Origin: Antedon mediterranea
Lineage: Eukaryota; Animalia; Echinodermata
Direction: 5' to 3'
Length of the DNA stretch: 64,000 nucleotides
Assembly: GCF_964355755.1 (NCBI RefSeq)
Contig: NC_092672.1
Location: forward strand, 20,287,237-20,351,236
The notes under the pieces were generated by a model. The model saw only the letters and a list, made by a program, of their open reading frames with translations. It was not told the DNA's origin and made no database searches. Position numbers and translations under genes: made by a program. Below are positions 50,701 to 59,528 of the stretch, one piece after another (the stretch's first letter is position 1; each line of letters starts with the position of its first letter).

Positions 50701-50807
50701 CACTCCTTACTTGTCACTTCTTTAGTCACATATTTACATAAAAATATTATTAAGACAATCACTAACAACAATAGACCATTAACTATTGTTATGAATTTTG
50801 TATCCAT
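41742..50807 (-). CDS. Intact Helentron/Helitron2 RepHel-endonuclease polyprotein (3021 aa): TM-like helix, PHD, C76-like protease, OTU, Zn finger, HUH Rep, PIF1 helicase, AP-like (EEP) endonuclease
   Basis: Rep motifs FPVLFPTG, RGTPPYW, PTFFLSFSSAD, EFQMRGSPHVHMLVW (HUH), YVVQYLSK (Y2). PIF1 motifs GGAGTGKS, LAPTGIAA, IIDEISMV, GDFYQLPPV, QFPLKLAYACTVHKVQGMT, AYVSLSRV. EEP motifs HNIQGL, CLTETW, YRPP, GDFNE, IDHVY, SYHEAI. OTU GDGNCFYRAIS..HF. C76-like QG.FNQG..FG...GKQCVANS..FDPH. PHD CDLC..CDCC..FHVTC..WICSMC. Confidence 0.96.
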   Translation of the reverse strand: MDTKFITIVNGLLLLVIVLIIFLCKYVTKEVTSKECNIVNTAGNVDSGIMDKATEFKTVMDDILDLLDECCSTKSVKDVNTIKNESDDTGNAYCECIKDTTEFKEVVDDILNILSYGTALTSEFDKCDLCSIEVKAEDIYITCDCCSKHFHVTCVRNSFEDKLCDSRVIWICSMCGNSNFANNMLGEIGMPCHFNRYTILEPDDSVTADFPELTKNKEKRCNNAKLKCQQTGSEELLGNDWIRVRSKKRTDNRKKRCKNRGNKKRGKRVINGITIEPGVKYIGKGVKDFYERRNNNKIEWNMNKSTCREYKEDEETNSKPMCDVLKNTKVTSGIQQQSGGGLKRNSKGRFVKSKNIDNKESQDNMDLNLKHHKNDCDTMEQIGEDTILKNMGKNNNSEMETDDDFKMKCTEENDNTVTDDVKAQNSSKMNDRNNRIDSNVTDHKNQTCASCEFDENEVTIIDVGSKKAVTEKIMSHTKPKCDQHTIDVDIEILTKNNFSEELIIDEGPKQKNTPIRQNTQSINELQLYNSNDNNITVAQGSFNQGNYRFGFAGGKQCVANSLVAILYSTKRNGNEFYTKDLDTILTLGNELYCYIQKDSTMDEDLLMISELPKELDNLDNTFVISPKESVFGTIDGDLELMAEYGALSLHQALEQELHQHDAFFMNFNRSTFSIIKRVNGFLIFDPHARDRIGCVSEHGKSILLYSTSCQGVYDYCIRLARSMNCNLHETEFELTGVNVQNKSMFLCSASAVMLDDNCEQNNLGNIDFDEPSTSYQYKCSTRLPDKNIDSKVKGQKRNVSSSNGRQSDSDIEIVNVQYGERPDKNFKFIPISEAQKKNICNEIGIHCENTGKNFSINRAIQIGHPLQITNITGDGNCFYRAISYIISGTEDNHLLLRKAITNHLLKTGDLFINTFSHEYRSVKKYVLKKRIMDNGTWASNTERSAMANLLNTDIYSFNDQLLTWQLFSAKKPGRIDNVTTNNGIYILYTMNVHFNVVESVDASRDNVQETTGQVDMDVTSQTKLSNTEAMFLPKKSTTKKRKQMRNATCDTFQDIEPKHKQSKTDEIEVPILRKKRKQSYRNKKENRKNQQRMKRQSEKKHNSQKTNENRNKYQSDPGYREEKKRKVKEAHKIRYADDDYKFQKRKENRYRQYRKYNNDLNYRTTKKEKHMLNYRFNEKMRRNLKEKKKNRYHNDIIFRHNIKTQNKYKCAEKYRNNSKFKENLKQKFVSKYRNNLKFRENLKTKFVMKYRNNSKFRENLRQKLADKYRNNLKFRQNCKLRLSEKYRANLEFRQSCKQRFTEKYDRDPVFRENVFRKNKKHREKRNIEKSNFEFVLKNFRETISRGPEYVCCVCFKMLFKNQVMKCTKSKYENRTCINEKYLHICNNECNKPCQFMESPRCRLWICFTCHRKLLNGKVPAEANSNNLELHDISPELECLNNLEQHLIRLNIPFMKLMNLPKGGQHGIHGPVVCVPSNTIETVKMLPRPEADDQLISVKLKRKLSYKSYYKYKFVNTANVIQALEYLQDHNKWYFDVAINEEWHNYLSKENIGSGNNNNDETYLENNEEEVEDRLSGAVFDTSLQPVDRRQNLVDEYFRDIICCAPCENNSPVALLKNESNEAKSFPVLFPTGQPTFHDIRDVKISLGRYFHNRLMHVDNRFAKNTEFIFYAQSLYELQQILSSISIALRKGSSKKDDFSKVTVADLKDVNKVEEILKSDKGYKFLKQIRGTPPYWQATQKDVMAMVRQIGKPTFFLSFSSADFRWKEIMTTLLSQAGDKRNIDELEWADKCNLLKSNPVTVARMFDKRFHTFLKNVILSEAQPIGKVVDYFYRIEFQMRGSPHVHMLVWVENAPVFCSDQDKEVINFVDKYISCSVPCQTVDPELNEIVNSVQIHSKRHSKSCKKKRTVCRFNFPRQPSQKTFVMRPTVSEGNDDTKQAKELLTSVKEAVTNEEPYENAKELFKSLGITQSAFEKANNCTATEEKIVMKRNPQDAWVNQYNPSLLRAWNANMDIQYITNVYACITYVVQYLSKSEREMGLLLSHTASEVKEGNEDARQSLRKLGNVYMNNREVSAQESVYRVCGLRLKECSRKVEYIPVGPNPVRMSLPLSVIKNKADDNDCAWLPNKLDKYKARPNSFEFNKMCLATFCSNYRILSTSEMKGKKKNVFKLKKQLGFIQKRTKTSNAIVRYPRFHMDRDPDKYYLSILQLFLPFRNDEQLKPPNFQTYEQFYEDGSVKLCGSRKLQRVKSIVQGNMKQYEKSADDVEDAKEFLAKFGPQEDAWSLLCPETEKERLDNPKPNVDIDDEENEFIIPDFGLQKNHTSKVESNSSSISRPELNKMIRSLNEKQQHIFYKTRQWCLDKVNGKRPEPFYTFITGGAGTGKSHLVNCIFNEATRILGKIMENPDDLSILKLAPTGIAAYNIKGQTIHSALSIPISISFPYQPLGEEKISALRNQLSQLQIVIIDEISMVNQRLLWYVHGRLRQIKQVRNDSPFGNISIIAVGDFYQLPPVMGTSLYKDTLESSLWIDNFKQVQLDEIMRQKEDKEFALLLNKLRTKERNECLSDKDLLVLKSRETGKECEDAVHIYPCNKQVDKWNKKMLHKTCTDIVCIEAEDVVVNSKRQNKKCDKPRKSRQSSLLNYLWIALNARVMLIKNVDVKKGLTNGCMGHVEEIIKASQSAKPVSIKVKFDNNEIGIQAIEMFQESVGNKYSRKQFPLKLAYACTVHKVQGMTMDKVSVCLKNTFAPGQAYVSLSRVTSISGLTIEHFNPKLIYCDPNIQKSLNKMNSYVQYDNQSHDLDSNFSIMLHNIQGLQQHFVDLQCNDLFMNSSIICLTETWLNKDDDFFGVDIQPYKLYHQSRYDSYSNTNSLTSKLKKLAHGGVAVYSKNMFSSRLNILCINDIEAISFLITSPVSVVVSVIYRPPSYDMKQFCHHLSKLLEEIHKVCTKCIIMGDFNENLFKQPSKVNTLMLENGYQQHVTNSTTENNTLIDHVYSKGLDSVQAEVIPVYYSYHEAIQIKF

Positions 50808-51254
50808 TATGCAAAAATTCCTTCAAATTACCAAACTCAAATTTAAAATTCCAAAACAATTGATATGTCTTCTACAATTTGAATAAATGTTACAATTAAG
50901 TTCCACTTAATATTTGATTTCACTCTTTTAATCGATTCAAACTTTAAAACAATATTAGCTACAGCAAAATATTTGGTTATTAAAATTCTTAAAAAAAATA
51001 TTCAAGTTAATATTATCTTTGGATTCTATGATTTAAATTTCACGTAAATTTTTTTTTCTCTTTATTGATATATCTTTTGCTGGCTTCTTAGTTAGCTTAT
51101 ACAAACTAATTATCGATCAAAGATCTACGTAGAATTCTATTCTTTTGCAAATTATTCCTTTTGTTTTACAGCTATATTTATTACTTAATGCTTGTTAGTA
51201 CAGTATTTTGTACTTGTTTCTACAAATAATTCTCTTTCAAGCTTCTGCTTGATA

Positions 51255-51575
51255 TATTTTTTCAAGTCTTCTGTCTATTTAAGCTTCTGCTTAATATTTT
51301 GGTATAAATTCTATTTGAAATTCTCTTTGATAATTCTGTTTGTGATTCTGATTAACCCTCGTTGGCACTCTCTTCTGAGATCCAGCGGGTTAATATTTTT
51401 TTTCAAGACTTCTGTCTATTTAAGCTTCTGCTTAATATTTTTGTGTAAGTTCTATTTGAAATTCTCTTTGATAATTCTGTTTGTTATGCTAAACCCTTGT
51501 TGGCACTCTCTTCTGAGAGCAGAATCTCTTCTGAGATTCGGATCTCTTCTGAGATCCAGTGGGTTAATAATATTA
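51255..51575. repeat. Duplication of about 140 bp plus 18-bp microrepeats in the putative 5' UTR
   Basis: CTTCTGTCTATTTAAGCTTCTGCTTAATATTTT occurs twice; TCTCTTCTGAGA recurs, and related repeats lie at about 23520-23580 in element 1. Confidence 0.75.
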
Positions 51576-53613
51576 TAACAGTCAGGTACCTGCAATGAAA
51601 TAAAGAAAAAGAAAATTTCAGACATGAAATATTTGGACTACCAAAACAAATAAGGCCAACTCACCACCAAATATGTGAAGACGAGTATTATATCAATAGG
51701 GCTAATTAAAACAAATCTACATCTGATATTAAAATCTGAAAATGTTCAGAGTATATTGGTCTAATTTAATTGTGCAATAGTATCATTATTTTTCAGAACA
51801 CAAACAATATGGTCAGTATTCAGTATTGTATGTTATAAAGGGCAGAGACAAGAACAAAAAGACAATTCACTCCCCTTTCATAGATAATCTACCAACACCA
51901 ATGAACTTATATAGAATGGCTATCGGGCGGACAGGAAAGTGATAAAAACAAGAAGTAAACCATAAATATGGACACCGTAAATATGTTTAATATATATCAA
52001 ATAATAATATAACATAACAAATTCTGTTCATGCCGTATTACGTATATACAATCAATGCTAGCGGTGGTAGTGCATGACTGCGTATAAAGCATGGCAGGTG
52101 TGTTCAATAGTCAATTACAGCCGCCATACTGTTGGGTCCCCTCTCCTCTCCATGAAGAATCACTTATTAACTGCAATAATTTTGGAGTCTACCCTCTAGC
52201 CAATCTACAGTAAACTCATTTACCAAAGACTCACATAAACAATGTATCAGAAAGGTGCAACCTATTATGTAGTCACTGTTTATCTTCAACAGCTACAATC
52301 TACAAAATACAAACACACAAGAAAAATATATTTTTAATACAAATTTAACAGAAATATTCATCATATTATTGATAATTTTCAGGATTTAATGGACAAAGAA
52401 TTTCACCAACCAAGTGACAAAGAATTTCACCAACCAAGTATACGTTGAATAACAATTATTTTAAGACACACAGTCCCAATTCAACTACCATACGATTCTC
52501 GATCAATGTCTATTTCCTCACAATCTCATAGCATAGCTAAGAACAGAATGATTAGGGCCTATATTTTTATTCCATTTGGACCAAACAATTATTTAAAACA
52601 GTTCCTTTATCTAAATTATGTCAATCTTCTGTAATATAACTGGCTAAAAAAATATGATACTCCTTATCAGTTTATAATCACTGTCAGAGAGATCCCCGGT
52701 GCCATCAATGTCAAATAAATAAATTATTTATTTTCTTTACTTACAAAATTTAAGAGGTTATTAGCTTAAAAAAACTATAACAGCAGAAACAATCTGGCAG
52801 ATGTTCAGCACAGCTAATACTACAACAGGTAGAACCTAAAAACAAAACATATAAAGAGAAACTTCATGTAAAAATAGTACAGTAATCTAATTGATATCAA
52901 GAAGCGAAAATACTATTTATATATACTACTCAAATGCCCCTTTTCTTAATTTTTTTTTGTAAGCTAGTCTAATATTTATACTGTATATATAATTAAAACA
53001 AATTTAGTTCATTATTTAATAAATTTCTAATAATATAAGCTAGGCCTAGGCTAGGAAAACCAGCATATATATCAACCAATTCAAACATTATCTGTTAGTA
53101 TTTTGTGTCAATATTCTAATAAAGAAAGAATTACGAAAATCTGACTTGTAGTTTTCGAAATATAGGGTCTAAAACATCGCTGAAAAACATCGTTTTTAGC
53201 TACGAACGTTGTAAACAAATTGCGCCCTCGGTCGACAATTGTATGAACACTAGGCCTAGCCTACGCCATTTTCCCCTAAAATAATTACATATAGGCCTAG
53301 GCTAATTACGTTTTATAGTAATTTATTTTATATATCAACATTGGAAATATCAATAAAATATGTTATTAAATGTTTATAAAATATATAAAATTGTTTATTT
53401 AACGGAATTCGTACAAATTCATTGCTCTAAATTTGTGTAATTAACGATTAGAGAGACCATGTGACTACACGGTGTACACGCCATCCAGAGAAAACATTCC
53501 GCTGTGGCCACCAATCACAAAAGCTACAAACAAGCCTTCCGCCTGTGTAACCCACATTCACATAGGCCTAGCCTACGCAAACAAAACTACAAATCAAACA
53601 ATCCACATAATTT

Positions 53614-53855
53614 CTTACCTATTTCTTATAGTATTGAAATCTTAACAAACTTGAGTTTTGTTATTATTATTATTCGCCGACGTTTGCGATTCGATATAGA
53701 ATACAATTTGTAATACAGTATTTTCAGACCGACTCTGTAAAATCAACATGGAGTTTAGTTATCCACACCACGTCGTCAACACCTTTTCTCCTTTCATCTT
53801 CTTCCGCTCGCTCAAATTTCACATACACAGTATGGCATGCAATCTTCGCCAAAAA
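53614..53855 (-). promoter_or_regulatory. Putative promoter / first non-coding exon of Helentron 2
   Basis: CTTACCTATTTC, CAACATGGAG and TATGGCATGCAATCTTCGCCAAAA occur in the same order as in element 1, just inside the tail. Confidence 0.45.
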
Positions 53856-53984
53856 GACTAATATGTAACGAAAAACGAAAATACTGTAGTTTCCACGTAG
53901 GCAGGTATCTCTACGTGTATATTGCACGTTACGTTTGCGCGGCGGATAACCCGAACTCGTCAAAGTGACGAGTTCAAATCTAGT

Positions 53985-55210
53985 TGGTTATCCGCAACTA
54001 GTAAGTTGCGGATAACCCTTGTTATTGTCACGTTTCTTTTTCTTCATCTTTATTCTTCTTTCTTTCCCGGATTTTTGTTGCAGCTATATCTCAAATGTTT
54101 GTAGACATAACTTTGTATAACTTTGTCATAAGATTGACCTGTAGCTGTAGATGTGCAGGAAACTTTGTTATATGACGTTAGAGTCGCGTAGCGTAAGTTA
54201 CGCGCGATTTAGTGAATTTCAATGATTGGTCATAGATTATAAACCAAAAGTCATTTTGTATTGACACTTGGTGAAAATTTAAGTCATATCAAGGGCAAAC
54301 TTTCTATGGATTTAAAATGGCATGTTTCACAAGAGGTTACGCGCGCACGCGCATTTAAAGTTTCAAAATGCGCAAAATTAATTTCTAATCAACTTTCTAC
54401 GCTGATCATGACATTTTGAGCATGTCAAAAATTCCCGCGCGCAAAAAAAAATTTACGCGTATGGTGCGCACGGAGCATGAAAATCATGTTTTTTTCTCTT
54501 GAATTATGATTTTCCAACCTTTCCTAGTCATTTAAAAAAAGATTGACATAATTTGAAATTAAAATGACGTCATACGAACACGTTGATTTATACCATTTGC
54601 GCGCGTTTTAATTGAAAAAGTTATAAATATTGTCAAAATAATGGCAATTTTGAATCTATTATAGCTCATCAGGACCATCCACGACCCCCAATTTTTTTAC
54701 TTTTATATGTAAGTAGATATGTTGTAGATATGAATTCATGCAGAATCTTTACCCCTCTGATGTTATGACGTCATCGTATGGCCACACGAATGTAAAATAT
54801 AGGGGTTTTTACTCTTTCGTTATTGCTCATCACATTAAATAGAGCGCATCTCACTTTTACGTGCCCAAAATTCTTCTAATTTGTTTTAATGTAATTATTT
54901 AGATAATTATCTTCTAAAAATGTTATCTTTATATGTCAATTTGATGACGTCATCGTATTAATAATTGGATTTAAAAGATGGGTCTCGTAATTTTGTCTAT
55001 GCTACACTGTATATAACATATACAGTTTATTCTGTAAAATACTGTAATATGATATATGCTACATAATAGGTACAATTCAGCACTGTAAACATATTTATTT
55101 CATGTCATAGGATGGCATAATAATTGTCGAGGTTCATATGGTTAAGTATGTGCATGTGGGCATTTGCGCGGATAACCCGAACTCGTCAAAGTGACGAGTT
55201 CAAATCTAGT
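53985..55210 (+). mobile_element. Short B-type HINE
   Basis: Head loop TAGTAA; B tail. Confidence 0.88.
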
Positions 55211-55223
55211 TTTTCTATGTTAT

Positions 55224-58200
55224 TAGTTATCCGCTTAGTAGCGGATAACTCCTTGTAATCGTCCTGTTTCATCAAATTTTTTTTGGTTATCCGCAACTTA
55301 GAAGTTGCGGATAACCCTTGTTATTGTAAAAATCTTTTTTTTTTTCATCTTTATTCTTCTTTCTTTCCCGGATTTTTGTGCGCAGCATATCCCCTATTGC
55401 TTGTGACTATATCATATATATAACTTTTTCATCATATGGACATTTACCTGAAGTTGTGCACCTCCATATTTTGAATGACGTCAGAGTTGCGCAACGTGAC
55501 TTACGCGCGATTTTATGAATTTCAATGATTGATCATAGGATAAAAAATAAAAGTCATTTTGTATTGACATTTGGTGAATATTTAAGTCATATCGAAGGCA
55601 AACTTTCTATGGATTAAAAATGGCATGTTTTACAAGAAGTTACGCGCGCACGCGCATTTGAAGTTTCAAAATGCGCAAAATTAATTTCTAATCAACTTTC
55701 TACGCTGATCATGACATTTTAAGCATGTCAAAAATTCCCACGCGCGCGAAAAAAATTACGCGTAAGGTGCGCACGGAGCATGAAAATCATGTGTTTTTCT
55801 CTCTAATTATGATTTTACAGCCTTTCTTAGTCATTTTAAAAAAGATTGACATCATTTCAAATTAAAATGACGTCATACGAACACGTTGATTTACACCATT
55901 TGCGCGCGTTTTAGTTGCAAAAGTGACAACATATTGTCAAAATTATGCCTATTTTTAATCTATTATAGCTCCTCAGGATCAACCGTTACCCCCAATTTTT
56001 TTAATTTAATATGTAAGCAGATATGTTGTAGATATGAATTCATGCAGAATCTTTACCCCTCGGATGTTATGACGTCATCGTATGGCCACACGAATGTAAA
56101 ATATTGGATTTTTGACTGTTTCGCTATTGCTCATTACATTAAATAGAGCGCATATCACTTATACGTATTCCATTTCCTCATATATTTTAATACTGTCTAG
56201 GTCCATCAACTATCTTTCGCATGAGTTAAAAATATTTTAATTTTTATGACGTCATCATGTCTAAAAATGTAAATAACGTCGTTCACCTATTTTCATCTTT
56301 ACAGTAAGTTTCAATGTGTTATAGCTCGTCAGAATAAAAAGTGATAATCATGATTAAAACGTTTTCTGGAAGCTATTGGATTGTAGATACAAATTCATGT
56401 GAATATTTTGCCAATCAGATGTTGTGACGTCATTATATGGGCAGTTGAATTCAAAAGGTCATATTTTCATCTCTTGCGTAAAAGTTCATTGCGTTTAAAC
56501 GAGAGCGCATCTCTCTTTTACGTGCCCAGAATTCCTCAAATTTGTATTAATGTAATTATTTAGATAATTATCTTCTAAAATTGTTATCTTTATATGTCAA
56601 TTTGATGACATCATCGTGTTAATAATTGGATTTAAAAGATGGTCTCGTAATTTCGTCTATACTACACTGTATATAACATATAACAGTGTATTCTATAATA
56701 TGCTGTATGCTACATGGTACAATTCAGCACTGAAAACATGTTTAATTCATGTCATAGGATGGCATAATATTTGTCGAAGTTCATATAGTTTAAAGTATGT
56801 GCATGTTGCCTTTGCGCGGATAACCCGAACTCGTCAAAGTGACGAGTTCAAATCTAGTTTTTCTGTATTATACTTCTTTCTTTCTGTCATTTTTGTGCGT
56901 CGCGTTTCTCTAAAACGTGTAAACAGAACATATCGTAACTTTGTCAACATATCGGCATTTACGTGAACTTGTGCACCTCCTATTTTTGAATGATGTCAGA
57001 GTTGCGCAACGTGACTTACGTGCGATTTTATGAATTTCAATGATTGATCATAGACTAAAAACCAAACATAATTTTGTTTTGAAACTTTGTGAAAATTTAA
57101 GTCATATCAAGCGCAAACTTTCTATGGATTAAAAATAGCATGTTCCACAAAAAGTTACGCGCGCACGCGCGTTTAAAATTTTAACGTGCGAAAAATCAAC
57201 GTCTAATCAACTTTCTATGCGTTTCATGTCATTTTGAGCATGTCAAAAATTCCCACGCGCGCGAAACTTTTTACGCACGCGGTGCACACGTAGCGTTAAA
57301 AACATATTTTTTTCGCGTGATTTATGTTTTTTCAGCCTTTTATAGTAATGTTACCAACTTTTAAACAATTTCGACTTAAAATTACGTCATACGAGCACGT
57401 CGAATTAAATAATTTGCACGCGTTTCTGGTGAAAAAGTTCAAAAATTCGTCAAAATTATGCCTATTTTTAAACAGTCATAGATTCTAAACTACATGGAGA
57501 ACTTTTTTTTAATTACATATTCTGGAAGTTGATGAGTGGTAGATATCGAATCATGCATTAATATGGCTAACCGGACATTGTGACGTCATCGTATTGCCAC
57601 GCGAATATAAAATATAGGATTTTTGTCTCTTTCGTCATAGCTCATCACATTTAATAGAGCGCATCTCCACTTATTCGTTGTTCATTTTCACCCCGATTTT
57701 AATATATTCTAGGTCTATCAACTATGTTTTGCATGAATTAAAATTTTTTAAATTTTTTTAACGTCATCATGCCTAAAAATTTAAATTACGTTGGTCATTA
57801 ATTTCATCTTTACAGTAAATTTTAATCTGGTATAGCTCGTAAGAATAAAATGTGATAATCACGATTCAAACGTTTTCAGGAAGCTATTGTATTGTAGATA
57901 AAAAATCATAAGAAAATTGTGCCAATCGAATGTTGTGACGTCATCATATGGCCAGTTAAATACAAAAAGTCATATTTTCATCTTTTGCGTTATATTTCAT
58001 TACATTTAAAAGAGCGCGCATCAATATTTCACGTATTCAAATTTCTTCTACACGTTAATATGTTGTTGCTGAGATAATTTTATTCTGAAATTTCTACTTT
58101 TGCATTTCATTTTGAAACCGTCAAGATGTTAAAAATTACAATAAAATATGGGTCCCGTAATTTCACCTATTTTACACTGTTTGTGATATGTATACAGATT

Positions 58201-58386
58201 GTACTGTGTATACTATGTATATGACAACAAAATAACATAATTCAAAAATAACAACATATCATATTCTTCAGTTCAGGTCATAATGCCTTAATATTTTTCT
58301 GTGTGCAATATTCTAGCGTATGACGTGCACGTGGCGTTTGTCGAGCGGATAACTAACTCGTCAAAGTGACGAGTTACATGTCTAGT
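55224..58386 (+). mobile_element. C-type HINE, itself split by a B HINE at 55284-56858
   Basis: Removing the insert restores CATCAAATTTTTTT..CTGTATTATAC as in the intact copy 62356-63934. Confidence 0.88.
55284..56858 (+). mobile_element. Long B-type HINE (innermost of a triple nest)
   Basis: Head loop TTAGAA; B tail. Confidence 0.88.
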
Positions 58387-59528
58387 TCTTTTTTCTTTCC
58401 CAAAATTTTGTGTCACGTGTATCTCAAATTCTGATCAACATTACATCGTATAACTTTGTCAGAAGATTTACCTCTATCTGTAGAAGTGCAGGACAGCTCG
58501 TTTTTTTACTTTAGAGTCGCGCAGCGTAAGCTACGCGCGATTTTATGAATTTCGCGTATTTAACATAGACTAAAAAGCAAAAGTCATTTTGTAATGACAC
58601 TTGGTGAACATTTAAGTCATATCAAGGGCAAACTTTCTATGGATTAAAAATGGCATGTTTGACATAAAGTTACGCGCGCACGCGCGTTTAAAATTTCAAA
58701 TTGCGAAAAATTCATTTCTAATCAACTTTCTACGCGTTTCAGGTCATTTTGAGCATTTCAAAAATTCCCACGCGTGCGCATATTTTTTACGCGCGCGTGC
58801 GCACGTAGTGCAAAAACATCTTTTTTTTGCTTGATTTTTGTTTTTTCAGCCTTTTCTAGTACATTTACCAATTTTCAATCAATTTCGACTTAAAATCACG
58901 TCATACGAGCACGTAGAATTGAACAATTTGCGCGCGTTTTTGATGAAAAAGTTCAAAAATTTGTGAAAATTATGCCTTTTTTTTAAAAGTCATAGATTCT
59001 AAACTCCGAGGTGAAAATATTTAAAATTTCAGATTCTGGAAGTAGATGAGTTTTTTTTCTCGAATCATGCATTGATATGGCTAACCAGACATTGTGACGT
59101 CATCGTATGGCCACCCGAATATAAAATATAGGATTTTTTTCTCTTTCGTCATAGCTCGTCAATTTAATAGAGCGCATCTCTACTTATCCTTATTCCATTT
59201 CACTCAATTTTTTTATATTGTCTAGATCAATCAATTACCTTTCGCATGATCCACAATTTTAAAAATTGTGATGACGTCATCATGTTCAAATGCGTCAATA
59301 ACTTTGGTCACTTATTTTCACCTATTCTGCACTGTATGTAGTACGTATACAGTATATAGTGTTATACCGTATATACTTAGACGCGACGCAACATAGAGAG
59401 CGCACTAACATTTTTCAATGCCATAATCGTTTTATTTTTTTGCGCGCACTATTCTAACGTATGACGTGCACGTGGCTTTTGCACTGCGGATAACCTAACT
59501 CGTCCGTAGTGACGAGTTCAAATCTAGT

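Larger units (their letters stand above)
36780..53984 (-). mobile_element. Autonomous Helentron 2 (B-type termini; head 36780-36833, body 38420-53984, interrupted by a HINE at 36834-38419)
   Basis: Head GGTTATCCGCAACTAAGTTGCAGGATAACC..TAAATATCTTTTT resumes at 38420 as TTTCATCTTCTTTGTTATTC, like the intact B unit at 209. HINE-like to about 40400, then the intact ORF, then B tail GCGGATAACCCGAACTCGTCAAAGTGACGAGTTCAAATCTAGT ending at 53984. Confidence 0.88.
55211..59528 (+). mobile_element. A-type HINE body (55211-55223 plus 58387-59528) split by a nested C element
   Basis: CTATGTTAT|TCTTTTTTCTTTCCCAAAA is restored on removing 55224-58386. Confidence 0.85.

Noticed and set aside
42989-50886. 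Plus-strand and alternate-frame ORFs overlapping the RepHel genes (also 15509-23136)
   Set aside because: Antisense shadows of Lys/Asn-rich codons; low-complexity F/L/S composition.
51192-51578. 128-aa hydrophobic ORF upstream of RepHel
   Set aside because: Arises from a 140-bp duplication, lies antisense to the putative UTR and has no counterpart ORF in element 1.
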